From NCBI GenBank assembly GCA_035063585.1, contig JAPSGB010000005.1, positions 64,001 through 128,000 on the forward strand: DNA of 64,000 nucleotides, read 5' to 3'. Of this stretch, positions 9,634 through 21,070 are shown in pieces. Source of the DNA: Polyangiaceae bacterium (GTDB lineage: Bacteria; Myxococcota_A; Polyangia; Polyangiales; Polyangiaceae). Numbering within the stretch: the stretch's first letter is position 1; every line of letters starts with the position of its first letter. The notes below the pieces were generated by a model. The model saw only the letters and a program-made list of their open reading frames with translations, did no database searches and was not told the DNA's origin. The position numbers and the translations under genes are program-made.

Positions 9634-10140
9634 TCAGACCTCCGCCTGAGCCTTGGCGAGCTTTCGGCCCATCATGCGCTTCTTGATGGCGCTCAGTTTG
9701 TCGATCATCAGCACGCCGTTCAGGTGATCCGTCTCGTGCTGCACGGCGACCGCGAGCAGGCCCTCCGCCTCGAGCTCGAACGGCTTTCCCTTGGCGTCGA
9801 GCGCGCGAAGCTTCACGTGCGCGGCTCGCTTGATCTCCTCGCTGACGCCGGGAAACGAGAGGCAGCCCTCGTTCCACGTCTGTACGCCGTCCCGCTCGAA
9901 GATCTCGGGGTTGATGAAGACGCGGAGCTCGCTCGGCTCGTCTTCGGCGGCGATATCGATGACGAAGATGCGGAGGCTCACGCCGATCTGCGGCGCGGCC
10001 AGGCCGACCCCGGGGGCGTCGTACATGGTCTCGGCCATGTCCTCGACGAGCACTCGAATCTCGTCGGTGACTGCCTCTACCGGCTTTGCGACCTCGCGGA
10101 GCCTCGGGTCGGGGTAGTGGAGGATTTCTCGGATCGCCAT
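9634..10140 (-). CDS. def: Peptide deformylase
   Basis: GVGLAAPQIG, EGCLS, QHETDHLNG. Confidence 0.97.
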   Translation of the reverse strand: MAIREILHYPDPRLREVAKPVEAVTDEIRVLVEDMAETMYDAPGVGLAAPQIGVSLRIFVIDIAAEDEPSELRVFINPEIFERDGVQTWNEGCLSFPGVSEEIKRAAHVKLRALDAKGKPFELEAEGLLAVAVQHETDHLNGVLMIDKLSAIKKRMMGRKLAKAQAEV

Positions 10141-10200
10141 GCGAGCACAGAAGACCTAACACCGGGAGTCGAGCCTCGCAACGGCCCCGCCGCGCGGAGG

Positions 10201-11328
10201 TTACGCGCCCGGGTTCGTCCGCGCCTTCTTGGCGTAGACGAGCGGACCCGTGACGTAGGCGTCCGAGCCGCAGAGCTCCCAGCGGGCCGGCTCGATGCGC
10301 GGCGCGTCGCTCGGTGACTCCGGGCCCGCCCAGTCGACCGCGCCGGGTCGCCCACGCGGCCCGAGCAGGAGCGGCGCGACGAAGACGTGCATCTCGTCCG
10401 GTAGGCCCGCGGCGAGCAGGCTGCCTGCGAGCTCCGCGCCGCCCTCGCAGATGACGCTCACCACCTCGCGCGCCGCGAGCTCGCGCAGCGCGACGCGCAT
10501 GTCGCAGCGACCTTCGGCGGTGGCGGGTACGCGGATCACGGCGACCCCGCGCTCTTCGAGCGCCTCGGCTACCGCGCGCGACGCGTCGAACGTCGTCACC
10601 ACGCAGGTGGTCGTTTGCTCGGCGCTCGCCACGAGCTGGCAATTTTGCGGAAGGCGGAGCGTGCTATCCACCACCACGCGCACCGGATTTCGGCCGGGGG
10701 CGTCCCGCACCGTGAGCCGCGGATCATCCGCGATCACCGTGTTGATGCCGACCATCACCGCGTCATGACGCGCGCGGAGCGAGTGCACTCGTGAGCGCGA
10801 CTCGGGGCAGCTAATCCAGCGGGAAGCGCCGGTGCGGGTGGCGGTACGCCCGTCGAGCGACAGCGCCAGCTTCAGCGAGAGGAACGACATCTCCTCGGTG
10901 ACGTACTTCGACCAGGCCTTGATGAGCTCACCGGCCTCCTGCTCGAGGACGCCGACCTCGACCTCGATCCCCGCCGCGAGTAGTCGCCCGATCCCGCCGC
11001 CGGTGACGTGGGGGTTCGGATCTCGGCATCCGATGAGGACGCGTCCGATCCCGGCGGCGATGATCGCGTCGACGCACGGTGCGGTGCGGCCGTGGTGATT
11101 GCACGGCTCGAGCGTCACGTACAAGGTGGCCCCGCGGGCCTGCTCGCCGGCGGCCGCGAGCGCCACGATCTCGGCATGCTCGAGCCCGGCTTCGGCGTGG
11201 AAGCCCTCTCCGAGCACGCGCTCGCGGCTTGCCACGACCGCTCCCACGTGGGGGTTCGGCGATGGATCTCCCTTGGCTCCGAGCTCGATGGCTCGGGTCA
11301 TGTGCTCGGTGTCCCGGTCGGAGATCAT
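10201..11328 (-). CDS. ribD: Riboflavin biosynthesis deaminase/reductase
   Basis: PNPHVGAV, HAE, TLEPCNHHGRTAPC, SLDG, EGG; ATGA overlap with the nrdR stop. Confidence 0.95.
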   Translation of the reverse strand: MISDRDTEHMTRAIELGAKGDPSPNPHVGAVVASRERVLGEGFHAEAGLEHAEIVALAAAGEQARGATLYVTLEPCNHHGRTAPCVDAIIAAGIGRVLIGCRDPNPHVTGGGIGRLLAAGIEVEVGVLEQEAGELIKAWSKYVTEEMSFLSLKLALSLDGRTATRTGASRWISCPESRSRVHSLRARHDAVMVGINTVIADDPRLTVRDAPGRNPVRVVVDSTLRLPQNCQLVASAEQTTTCVVTTFDASRAVAEALEERGVAVIRVPATAEGRCDMRVALRELAAREVVSVICEGGAELAGSLLAAGLPDEMHVFVAPLLLGPRGRPGAVDWAGPESPSDAPRIEPARWELCGSDAYVTGPLVYAKKARTNPGA

Positions 11329-11813
11329 GCGCCCTCGCCGCCGTCCGGGGGCGGCTCCGACTTGCGCCTCACGAGCTTGCCCATCTCGGTCATGAATTCG
11401 TCGATGTCGCGGAAGGAGCGGTAAACGCTCGCGAAACGGACGTATGCCACGTCGTCGAGCTTTCTCAAGCGCAGCATCACCCGCTCGCCGATCACCCGTG
11501 AAGTGATCTCCTTCACGCCGCTCTCCGCGAGCTCCCTCTCGATCTCGGTCACTTGCTCCTCGAGCGTGTCGGCGTCTACCGAGCGCTTGTTGCAGGCGAT
11601 GCGGAGGCTGGCGAGGACCTTGGCGCGATCGAACGGCACGCGCTGGCCGTTGCGCTTCACGACCGCGGGCAGGGAGTACTCGATGCGCTCGTAGGTGGTG
11701 AAGCGATGCTTGCAAGCGTCGCACTCGCGGCGCCGCCAGGTGGTGGTGCCGCCGGCGACCAGCCGGGAGTCGACCACTCGGCTGTCCATTTCACCGCATA
11801 CGGGGCACTGCAT
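11325..11813 (-). CDS. nrdR: Transcriptional repressor NrdR
   Basis: CPVC...RRRECDAC..RFTTYE, ATP-cone, VAYVRFASVY. Confidence 0.97.
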   Translation of the reverse strand: MQCPVCGEMDSRVVDSRLVAGGTTTWRRRECDACKHRFTTYERIEYSLPAVVKRNGQRVPFDRAKVLASLRIACNKRSVDADTLEEQVTEIERELAESGVKEITSRVIGERVMLRLRKLDDVAYVRFASVYRSFRDIDEFMTEMGKLVRRKSEPPPDGGEGA

Positions 11814-11844
11814 CGGCGGACCTCACGGGCGCATGCCGCCCCTA

Positions 11845-13092
<1,248 letters not shown>

Positions 13093-13147
13093 GTGAAGCG
13101 GCCAGGCGAGGCGGCGGGGCTCGGCCCAGCGCCGCCTCGGTCGTGAC

Positions 13148-13393
13148 TCACCCGCCGGCGGCGTGCTTCTCGATGTAGTCGATGGCGTCCTGGACGCTGC
13201 GGATCTTCTCGGTGTCCTCGTCGGGGATGTCGATCTCGAACGCCTCCTCGAAGGCCAGCACGAGCTCGACCAGGCCGAGCGAATCGGCGCCCAGATCCTC
13301 GATGAACGTGGACTCCGGCTTGATGTCCTTCTCGTCGACGTCGAGCTGCTCCTTGATGATGCGCTTGACCTCGGCCTCGATCTTCTCACTCAT
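13148..13393 (-). CDS. acpP: Acyl carrier protein
   Basis: DLGADSL phosphopantetheine site; acidic 81-aa protein; GGAGG SD. Confidence 0.97.
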   Translation of the reverse strand: MSEKIEAEVKRIIKEQLDVDEKDIKPESTFIEDLGADSLGLVELVLAFEEAFEIDIPDEDTEKIRSVQDAIDYIEKHAAGG

Positions 13394-13473
13394 GGTGCCT
13401 CCGCGGGGCTCTATAACCGTTCGCGCCCCGATTCAAAGTGGTTTTCCGCCCTAGTCTAGAAGCGAGTGCTTCA

Positions 13474-14220
13474 TCACATGTACATTCCGCCGTTTACGCG
13501 GAGCGCGTGTCCCGTGATGCTGGATGCCTCGTCCGAGGCCAAGAACACCGCCGCCGCCGCCACCTCGGCCGCGGTCGAGGGGCGGCCGAGCGGGACCACC
13601 GAGAGCATGGCCTCCCGCTGCTCGTCAGTGAGCGCGGCGGTCATGTCGGTGTCCACGTAGCCCGGCGTGATGGCGTTCACCGTCACGCCGCGCCCGGCGT
13701 ACTCGCGCGCGAGCGTCTTCGTGACTCCGAGCAGGCCAGCCTTGGTGGCTGCGTAGGCGACCTGCCCCGCGTTGCCCATCTCGCCGACCACGCTCGAGAG
13801 GAAGATGATGCGCCCGCGCTTGGCGCGCATCATGACTCGCATGGCCGCGCGCGCGCACGCGATGGCGCCCTTCAGGTTCACCGCGAGGGTGCGCTCGAGA
13901 TCATCGTCCTTCAAGCGCACGAGCAGGCCGTCGAGCGAGATCCCCGCGCTCGCGACCAGGATGTCGAGGCGCCCGAGCCGCTTGGCGAGTTCCGCGATGG
14001 CCGCCTCGCTGGTCGCGGTGTCGGCGACGTCGAATCTTGCCGTCTCGGCCTTGCCGCCTGCGCTCGCGATGGTGTCCGCCACGGCCTTCGCCGCGGCCTC
14101 GTTCGAGACGTAGTTCACGACCACGGTCGCGCCGCGCGCCGCCAGCGCCTCCGCGGTGGCGCGCCCGATGCCCCGCGAGCCTCCCGTCACGATCGCCACT
14201 TTTCCGTCGAGATCGAACAT
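13474..14220 (-). CDS. fabG: 3-oxoacyl-ACP reductase
   Basis: TGGSRGIG, YAATK, VNGGMYM; position in the fab cluster. Confidence 0.94.
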   Translation of the reverse strand: MFDLDGKVAIVTGGSRGIGRATAEALAARGATVVVNYVSNEAAAKAVADTIASAGGKAETARFDVADTATSEAAIAELAKRLGRLDILVASAGISLDGLLVRLKDDDLERTLAVNLKGAIACARAAMRVMMRAKRGRIIFLSSVVGEMGNAGQVAYAATKAGLLGVTKTLAREYAGRGVTVNAITPGYVDTDMTAALTDEQREAMLSVVPLGRPSTAAEVAAAAVFLASDEASSITGHALRVNGGMYM

Positions 14221-14578
14221 GGTCCAAGCCCGCTCGCTCTTGGGCGGGCGCGCCGTGTTTACCACGCCGCCGCGCGAGGGAAGCCTGAAAGATCGCGCCG
14301 GTGGCTCACGCGGCCGCGTAAGCGGCTTCGCAATCGCCGGGGTCTGGAGGTCGGCCCGGCGCGGCCGGCGGCGCGCCTCGCGCCGTCGGGCCCGCGGCGA
14401 ATGCGCGGCAAATGCGCGATGTTGTGCGGTCTACGCGGGGGCCGGGCGCGCGCCGCGGCGCGAGCGCGGGCCGCGCCGCCGGCCGCGCCGGCTCGGCACC
14501 CGAGCGGGGTCTGCGCGAGCACCGCGCGAGGCGGCTCGCTCTCGCGCGCGGAGGGGGACCGCGAGCCTGCGCGCGCGG

Positions 14579-15577
14579 TCAGGCCTCGACCAGCGCGCTG
14601 GCCCACGAGATCCCTGCGCCGAGCGCGCACATCAACACCTTGTGTCCCGGCCGGATACGGCCGTCGCGCACCGCCTCGTCGAGCGCGATCGGGATCGAGG
14701 CGCTCGAGGTGTTCCCGTAGCGATCGATGTTGAGCACGAAGCGCTCGAGCGGAATGTCGAGGCGCGCGGCGACCTGGTTGATGATGCGGAGGTTCGCCTG
14801 ATGCGGGACGACCCAGTCGACCTGCCCGGGCTCGAGCGCGGCGTCGGCGAGCGCCTCGCGGCTCGCGCTGGTGAGGTTCTTCACCGCGACCTTGAAGATG
14901 TCCTGCCCGACCATGTGCACCTTGTCGCGCGCCTGCGCGAGCGAGTCGGCGGTGACCGGCTCCTTGCTGCCACCAGCCGGGATGCAGAGCGACTCGGCCC
15001 AGGTGGAGTCGGTGTGGAGCCGCGTGGAGAGCACGCGCCCGGTGTTTGCGCTGGACGGCGTGAGCACGGCCGCGCCCGCGCCGTCCCCGAAGAGCACGCA
15101 GGTGGCGCGATCGTTCCAGTTCAGCACGCGTGACAGGAGCTCGACGCCGACCACCAGCACGTTCCGGTGCATCCCGGTCTTGATGAATTGATCACCGATC
15201 GAGAGCGCGTAGACGAAGCCGGCGCAGGCGGCGGCGACGTCGAAGGCGGGGATCCCGGTGACGCCGAGCTTCTTCTGCAGGAAGGCCGCGCAGGCGGGGA
15301 GCGGCATATCGGCGCTGATGGTCCCCACCACGATCATGTCGAGCTCGTTCGCCGCGACGCCGGCCGCCTCGAGCGCGCGCTTCGCCGCCTCGAACGCCAT
15401 GTCGCTCGCCGTCTCGCCCTCGGCCGCGACGTGCCGCTGCTTGATCCCGGTGCGCTCGGTGATCCACGCGTCCGAAGTGTCGACGAGCTGCTCGAGCTCG
15501 AAGTTCGTCACGATTCTGTCAGGCGCGTACGCTCCGGTACCGGCGATGCGGCTCCCGGCGCGGTCCGTCGTCGTCAT
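14579..15577 (-). CDS. fabH: 3-oxoacyl-ACP synthase III
   Basis: AACAGF, FGDGAGA, PHQANLRI, GNTSSASIP. Confidence 0.96.
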   Translation of the reverse strand: MTTTDRAGSRIAGTGAYAPDRIVTNFELEQLVDTSDAWITERTGIKQRHVAAEGETASDMAFEAAKRALEAAGVAANELDMIVVGTISADMPLPACAAFLQKKLGVTGIPAFDVAAACAGFVYALSIGDQFIKTGMHRNVLVVGVELLSRVLNWNDRATCVLFGDGAGAAVLTPSSANTGRVLSTRLHTDSTWAESLCIPAGGSKEPVTADSLAQARDKVHMVGQDIFKVAVKNLTSASREALADAALEPGQVDWVVPHQANLRIINQVAARLDIPLERFVLNIDRYGNTSSASIPIALDEAVRDGRIRPGHKVLMCALGAGISWASALVEA

Positions 15578-15744
15578 GCGACCGTCGTACGATCGCCCGC
15601 GGGTCCCGTCATTACAAATGGTTGAACCAGCTCTCCGCGCCCGTTCAGCGGAAAGCGCCGCGCCCGCCCGTCAAATGCGAAATACTTTACGCGCCTGCGG
15701 CGTGCGAAATGCGGTCGGCATCCGCCGCCGTGAGGGGCAGGCCC

Positions 15745-15933
15745 TCAGTCTTCCGTCGTCGGCTTGATGATGGCGCGGCCCTTGTAGAAGCCGCACGACG
15801 GGCAGACTCGGTGGCCGATCGTGGGGGCCGAGCAGTTCGGGCAGGGGATCACGTTCGGCGCCGTGACCTTGTCGTGCTGGGCGCGGCGCATATTGCGCTT
15901 GCTGCTGGACTTACGGCGCTTCGGGACTGCCAC
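15745..15933 (-). CDS. rpmF: 50S ribosomal protein L32 (4-Cys form)
   Basis: MAVPKRRKS...CPNC...HRVCPSCGFYKGR; AGGAG SD. Confidence 0.97.
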   Translation of the reverse strand: MAVPKRRKSSSKRNMRRAQHDKVTAPNVIPCPNCSAPTIGHRVCPSCGFYKGRAIIKPTTED

Positions 15934-15938
15934 GGGAC

Positions 15939-16592
15939 CTACTCCTTCTTCTGACGCAGGCGGCTCGCGATGGCCGCGAGCGGCGCGAGCCGCGGATCGA
16001 TGGGGGGCGGCTCCTCGGAGGGCGGAGCGATAGCGGGCTTTACCTCGGAAGGCAAGCCTGAACCGCGCACCGTCATCGGGAGCTCGAGCAAGAGAAACTC
16101 GCGCGCGAAGTCATCGAGGACGACTCGCTCGCCGCCATAGGTGTCTCGCGAGGCGTCTTCCTCCGTGAGCTCCGGATCTTCGCTCCATCCGCCAGGTTTC
16201 CCGGTCTTCGCGGCCGGGTCCGCGGCACCGCTCTTGGCGCGGGCGTGGGCGGCGCCCGCCCCGGCGCGGCCCGACCGCCCCCCGCCGCGGTGAGCCCGCG
16301 CCGCGGGCTCCGGCGCCGGCGCGAGGAGCAGGGTGAGCTCCGGCGCGAGCGCGATCGACACGGGCTCGAGGGTGAGCGAGTCCGGCAGGGTGACCGTGGC
16401 CCGGATCGCTCCTTGGACGACGACCTCGCGGCCGCTCAGGGTGAGCGTCGCGTCGAGCTCGCCGCTCCCGGCCGGCTGCGCGTCCGTCCCGGCGAACGCC
16501 GCTCGCAGCCAGCCTTCGGGGAGCGGCCATACGACCCGCTTCGGGCCGTGCTCCAGATCGGCGATAGGGACGACGAATTCCGGTCTCGACAT
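15939..16592 (-). CDS. yceD: YceD/DUF177 family protein (Cys-less variant)
   Basis: Directly upstream of rpmF; LDDFAREFLLLELPM and C-terminal IDPRLAPLA. Confidence 0.82.
   Translation of the reverse strand: MSRPEFVVPIADLEHGPKRVVWPLPEGWLRAAFAGTDAQPAGSGELDATLTLSGREVVVQGAIRATVTLPDSLTLEPVSIALAPELTLLLAPAPEPAARAHRGGGRSGRAGAGAAHARAKSGAADPAAKTGKPGGWSEDPELTEEDASRDTYGGERVVLDDFAREFLLLELPMTVRGSGLPSEVKPAIAPPSEEPPPIDPRLAPLAAIASRLRQKKE
16027..16055 (-). promoter_or_regulatory. Possible internal promoter for rpmF within yceD
   Basis: TTGCCT-N17-TATCGC about 95 bp upstream of rpmF; weak -10 match. Confidence 0.25.
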
Positions 16593-16692
16593 GGCAGGCG
16601 CGCGCGATCCTTAGCCTCCCGCCCGGCGCTCGGCAAATCACCGGCGGGTCCTTGGCCCCGCCGGGCGCGGTGGTCTAGCGTCACGCTCAGCG

Positions 16693-18054
16693 ATGTGGGC
16701 GAGGCTCCGCGACGACACCGGCTGGCGGCGCGCGGCGCTCGCGCTCGGGCTCTACCTCCTCACGACGAGCGTGTATTTCGCCTGCGCGGCGCGAAACACC
16801 CTGACCGCGCACACGCCCTGGAATCACTTCGCGCTGCTCGCCGACGCGTGGCTCCACGGGCGGCTCGACCTCGGCCATCCGCCGCCGGCCTACGCCGGGA
16901 ACAATGATTTTGCGAGCTATCAGGGGCGCTGGTACGTCACGTTCCCGCCCTTTCCGAGCGTGCTGCTCCTGCCCGCGGTCGCAGTCGCCGGCTCCGCCGA
17001 GCGGGTGCGCGACGGGCAGATCTTCCTCTGGCTCGCCGGGGTGGGGCCCGCGATGCTGTTCCTCGCGCTCGAGCGCCTGCGCTTCACCGGGCGCGGCGGG
17101 CGCTCGACCCGAGGCAACCTGGCGCTCGCGCTCCTCTTCGCGTTCGGCACCGTCTATTTCTTCACGGCCGAGCAGGGCACGGTCTGGTTCTCCGCGCACG
17201 TGGTCGCGGTCGCGCTCGCCGCGCTCTACCTCTGGGCCGCGCTCGACGCGGCGCACCCGCTGGTGGCCGGCGTCGCGCTCGGGCTCGGGTTCGCGACTCG
17301 CTCGCCCTTGCTCTTCGCCGCGCCCCTCTTCATCTTCGAGTCGCTCCGCGTCGCCTTGCGCTCGCCCGAGGCGATGGCTGGCGAGGTGCGGCGGAGCGGC
17401 GAGCGCACCGAGCTTCATCGCTGGTGGCGTCGCCTCGACCATGGGCGCGTCTTCCGGGCGTGGCTCTGGTTCGCGCTGCCCGTCGCGCTCGTGCTTGGCG
17501 CGACGCTCTGGCACAACGCGGCGCGCTTCGGCGATCCGTTCGAGTTCGGTTATCGCTTCCTCACCGTCGGATGGCGGGGGCGAATCGAGAAATACGGCCT
17601 CTTCGACTACCACTTCCTCGCCAAGAACCTCGGGGTCGTGCTGACCAGCCTCCCGTATCGGCTCGAGCCGCCCGAGCCCGCGCCGTTTCAGATCAACGCG
17701 CACGGGCTCGCGCTCTGGGTGACGACCCCGCTCTATCTCTGGCTCCTGTGGCCGCGCCGCTTCGCGAGCCTCTCCCTCGCGCTCTGGGTCACCGTCGCGG
17801 CGGTCGCCGTGCCGACCCTCTTCTATCAGAATACCGGCTGGGTGCAGTTCGGCTATCGCTTCTCGAACGACTACGCGGTGTTCCTGTTCGCGCTCCTCGC
17901 CCTCGGCGGGCGGCGCTTCGGCGCGCTCTTCACGAGTGCCGCGGTGTGGTCGGTCGCCATCAACGCGTTCGGAGCGGTGAGCTTCAACCGCGCCGGCTTC
18001 GCGCGGTTCTATTTCCAGGACCACACCCAGCGCGAGCTCTACCAGCGCGACTGA
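16693..18054 (+). CDS. Polytopic membrane protein, possible GT-C-like glycosyltransferase
   Basis: Many TM helices; FPPFP, NAARFGDPFEFGY, QFGYRFSND motifs. Function inferred. Confidence 0.7.
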   Translation: MWARLRDDTGWRRAALALGLYLLTTSVYFACAARNTLTAHTPWNHFALLADAWLHGRLDLGHPPPAYAGNNDFASYQGRWYVTFPPFPSVLLLPAVAVAGSAERVRDGQIFLWLAGVGPAMLFLALERLRFTGRGGRSTRGNLALALLFAFGTVYFFTAEQGTVWFSAHVVAVALAALYLWAALDAAHPLVAGVALGLGFATRSPLLFAAPLFIFESLRVALRSPEAMAGEVRRSGERTELHRWWRRLDHGRVFRAWLWFALPVALVLGATLWHNAARFGDPFEFGYRFLTVGWRGRIEKYGLFDYHFLAKNLGVVLTSLPYRLEPPEPAPFQINAHGLALWVTTPLYLWLLWPRRFASLSLALWVTVAAVAVPTLFYQNTGWVQFGYRFSNDYAVFLFALLALGGRRFGALFTSAAVWSVAINAFGAVSFNRAGFARFYFQDHTQRELYQRD

Positions 18055-18082
18055 CCGCTTCCGCGCGGCGCTCGGTCGCGGC

Positions 18083-18559
18083 TCACTTGCCGCTGAAGCC
18101 CTGGACCCAGCGCGCGAGTTCCTTCGCGTTCGCTTCCATCTGCTCCTTGGAGCCGCCGGCCTCGAGGAGGTAGATGTGCGAGTCGGTCACGAAGATGGTC
18201 ACCGTGTATAGATGCGGCTTCTGCGCCTCGTCGTGTCCGAAGCGCAGCTCGACCCCGGTGAGCCCTTGCGCGTTCTTCACGTCCCGGCGCCCGAGGAGGG
18301 CGTATCCCCCGCGCTGCCTCAGGCTGTTCTCGATGGCGCGCGTCCAGAACTCGAGCGGGCCCTTGGGTTCGTTGGCGATGTCGCGGACCGCGACCACCAG
18401 CCCGTCCGCCGTGGTCGCGCGCCAGTCGTAGCCGTAAGATTCCTGGTCCTCGAGCTCGACGAAGCCCGGCGGCGTCGCGGTCTGGAAGGCGTGGCCGCAG
18501 CCAGCCAGGAGCCACGCTAAGAGTATCGGCGAGAGGTAGCGTCGCATGGTGGTCCTCAC
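18083..18559 (-). CDS. Hypothetical lipoprotein
   Basis: Lipobox LLAGC; GTGA overlap with the upstream gene. Confidence 0.8.
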   Translation of the reverse strand: MRTTMRRYLSPILLAWLLAGCGHAFQTATPPGFVELEDQESYGYDWRATTADGLVVAVRDIANEPKGPLEFWTRAIENSLRQRGGYALLGRRDVKNAQGLTGVELRFGHDEAQKPHLYTVTIFVTDSHIYLLEAGGSKEQMEANAKELARWVQGFSGK

Positions 18560-19482
18560 AGGCTGAGCAGCCTCCCGAGCCCGAGATCACCGAGCCAGGG
18601 GAAGGGAAGGTGCACCGACGAGCCGAGGTGGTCGCTCGGCTTCGCCTCGAACGACACGGTGATGGTCGAGAACGCGACCAGCTCGCGCAGGAGCTTGAGT
18701 TGCCCCTTCATCCGCTCGATGACCTCGGTGACGCGCGCGAGCTCCCGCTCGACCTCGAGGGCGTCCTTCACGGCGTTCGCCTTGGCGAGCAACTGCTCGA
18801 GGCGTTCCCGCACGACCTCGGCGTTGCGGAGGCGAATGGCGAGATCGGTGTACTTGGCGGTGACGTCCTCGACGCTCACGTCGCGCTGCAGGACGTCACC
18901 GATCTTCATGATCGCCTCGAGGGAGCCTTGAAAGCGCCCGGCCGGGATGCGTACGGTGATGCTGGTGTCGTCGCGCCGCACCAGGTAGCCGCCCGCGTCG
19001 CGCGCGAGTTGCTCGGTCGCGTCGAGGGCCTTGCGGGCCTCGTAGACCCCCATCCGCAGGTTCGCGGTGTAGACCAGCATGGGCGCGACCACGGCGCCCG
19101 CGCTCGCACCCTGGGCGGCCTCGACGTTCGCGCCGGGGCTCGGCGGGGTCGCGTCCGTCCCGGTCGGGCTCGGGGCCGGGGGCGTGGGAGCGGTCCCGGT
19201 GGCGGCGCCTCCGGTCTCCGCTCGCGCCCGCGCGGACTGCGCCACCATTTGCTTGGCTGGGGGCGCGGCCGCGCTCTCGTCGAAGAGCGCGACGTCTTCC
19301 GCGTCGCTGGCTTCGGCGGTCGTCGTCGCTGGCTCCGGCGAGGGGTACCCGGCGGCTGGCGGCGCCACGGGCATCGGCCGCGCGGCGCCATCCGCATACA
19401 TCGCGCCGCCGCCGCAGCCGCCGAGCGCGAGCAGGGTCAGCGCGCCCGCGGCCATCGTGGAGAGCCGAACCGCTACGTTCAT
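18556..19482 (-). CDS. DUF4349-like lipoprotein
   Basis: Lipobox LGGC; GGYLV, ITVRIP, EDVTAKYTDL, coiled coil, FSTITV; GAGAGG SD before ATG 19482. Confidence 0.85.
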   Translation of the reverse strand: MNVAVRLSTMAAGALTLLALGGCGGGAMYADGAARPMPVAPPAAGYPSPEPATTTAEASDAEDVALFDESAAAPPAKQMVAQSARARAETGGAATGTAPTPPAPSPTGTDATPPSPGANVEAAQGASAGAVVAPMLVYTANLRMGVYEARKALDATEQLARDAGGYLVRRDDTSITVRIPAGRFQGSLEAIMKIGDVLQRDVSVEDVTAKYTDLAIRLRNAEVVRERLEQLLAKANAVKDALEVERELARVTEVIERMKGQLKLLRELVAFSTITVSFEAKPSDHLGSSVHLPFPWLGDLGLGRLLSL

Positions 19483-19554
19483 GAGACCTCTCACCGCCGA
19501 ACGCCCCATCCGGCCGATTCTTACACTAGACGCCCTTCGTCCACCACGGGTCCG

Positions 19555-20355
19555 TCACTTCTTTCCCGGGGGGCGCGGCAGCCGGCGCACCGTGATCCGG
19601 GTGATCGCGGGCGGCTTTACCGCGCGATCGCCGGCCACCTCGACCGCGGCGAGCTTCTCGATGACCGCGTCCGGCTCGCACTTTCCGAAGATGGTGTACC
19701 CGCGGTCGAGGTGCGGCGCGGGCCCGTCGAGGATGAAGAACTGCTGACCGTTGGTGTTCGGTCCGCGATTCGCCATGCAGAGGAGGCCGCGCTGGTCGTG
19801 GCGGGCACCCGGCCACACCTCGTCCGGGATGACGTAGCCCGGCCCGCCCGAGCCGTTTCCGGACGGATCGCCGCCCTGGATCATGAAGCCCTTGACGACG
19901 CGGTGGAAGGTCGTCCCGTCGTAGGCTGGCTTCTTCATCCATTTGCCATCGGGGCCCTTCCACGGGCGGAGGCCGCGCGCGAGGCCGACGAAGTTTGCCA
20001 CCGTGACCGGGGCGCGATCATCGTATAGCGAGCACTTGAGTGTCCCGAGGCTGGTGCGGATGGTCGCCTCGAGCGGTCCGCTGCCTGCGAGCCCGCGCGT
20101 CGCGTCGTCGAGGCTGAACTCGCCGTGCAGCGGGTCGTCGGGGCTCGGCTTCACCTTGGCGACCGGCGTCGCTGCGGGCGTCGCGCTCGCGACGGGGTTC
20201 GCGCCGTTGGTCACGGCGCTCGCGCTCGCAGCGGGCGTGGGCGCGGGCGCCGGCGTGGGCTCTCGCTCGACCCGCGACTCGGGCTCGGGCGGCGCGCTCT
20301 GGCACGCGCTCACGGCGGCCAACGCGACGAACAAACAAAAACGATCGGCTCTCAT
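19555..20355 (-). CDS. Cyclophilin-type peptidyl-prolyl isomerase lipoprotein
   Basis: APVTVANF, FHRVVKGFMIQGGDP, MANRGPNTNGQQFFI; lipobox VSAC. Confidence 0.93.
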   Translation of the reverse strand: MRADRFCLFVALAAVSACQSAPPEPESRVEREPTPAPAPTPAASASAVTNGANPVASATPAATPVAKVKPSPDDPLHGEFSLDDATRGLAGSGPLEATIRTSLGTLKCSLYDDRAPVTVANFVGLARGLRPWKGPDGKWMKKPAYDGTTFHRVVKGFMIQGGDPSGNGSGGPGYVIPDEVWPGARHDQRGLLCMANRGPNTNGQQFFILDGPAPHLDRGYTIFGKCEPDAVIEKLAAVEVAGDRAVKPPAITRITVRRLPRPPGKK

Positions 20356-20981
20356 GGTTCGAACTCCACTCGTTGTCCGGCCTGGATCCCGTGCGCCCGC
20401 GCGTAGCCGGCGCCAAGCTCGAGCACGTGCGCGACCGGGCACGGGATCGTGCGCGAGTCGTCGTTCAGCGTGGGCACCTGCTCGAGCACGCCCGCGATGG
20501 TGCCATCCTTGGCGATGAACAGCATGTCGAGCGGGAGGCAGGTGTCATGCATCCAGAAGGTCCGCACCTCTTCCGTGTCCCAGGAGAAGAGCATGCCCTC
20601 GTCCTCCGGCATGCGGGTGCGATACATGAGACCTCGCTCGCGCGACTCGGGCGTGCGCGCGAGCTCGACCGCGACCCGCGGCGCCCCGCTCGCCTCGCGG
20701 AAGGTGACGTAGCCGCGCGGCAGCTCGCCCGGACCTCCCGGATCGGGCGGGCAACGAGCCGCCTTCGCGGCCGTGGGCGGAGGGTTCGTCGGCGTCGGGA
20801 CCACGCATCGCGCGAGGCTCGGGGGCCGGTCTGGTTTGGGCGGTGCGGCCGGCGCCGGGCTCGCCGATGCGGAGCTCACCGTGACTACTGATTCGGCCGG
20901 GCGAGTGGTCTCGGGCTCCGGTGTGCGACCGCAGGCGGCGAGCCCCACCGAGAGAGCGAGCCATCCAGCGCCGCGCGGCAT
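20352..20981 (-). CDS. DUF192 family lipoprotein
   Basis: VELARTPESRERGLMYR, GMLF, FWMHDT..PLDMLFI, VLELGAG; lipobox LAAC; ATGA overlap with the PPIase. Confidence 0.88.
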   Translation of the reverse strand: MPRGAGWLALSVGLAACGRTPEPETTRPAESVVTVSSASASPAPAAPPKPDRPPSLARCVVPTPTNPPPTAAKAARCPPDPGGPGELPRGYVTFREASGAPRVAVELARTPESRERGLMYRTRMPEDEGMLFSWDTEEVRTFWMHDTCLPLDMLFIAKDGTIAGVLEQVPTLNDDSRTIPCPVAHVLELGAGYARAHGIQAGQRVEFEP

Positions 20982-21070
20982 GAGGCCCGTATAGCGCGAC
21001 TCTCGCCAGCCTCCCACACCATGTAGGGGGAGGTGTGGCGAGATCGGGCGCGGTCGATTAGAGTGCGGGC

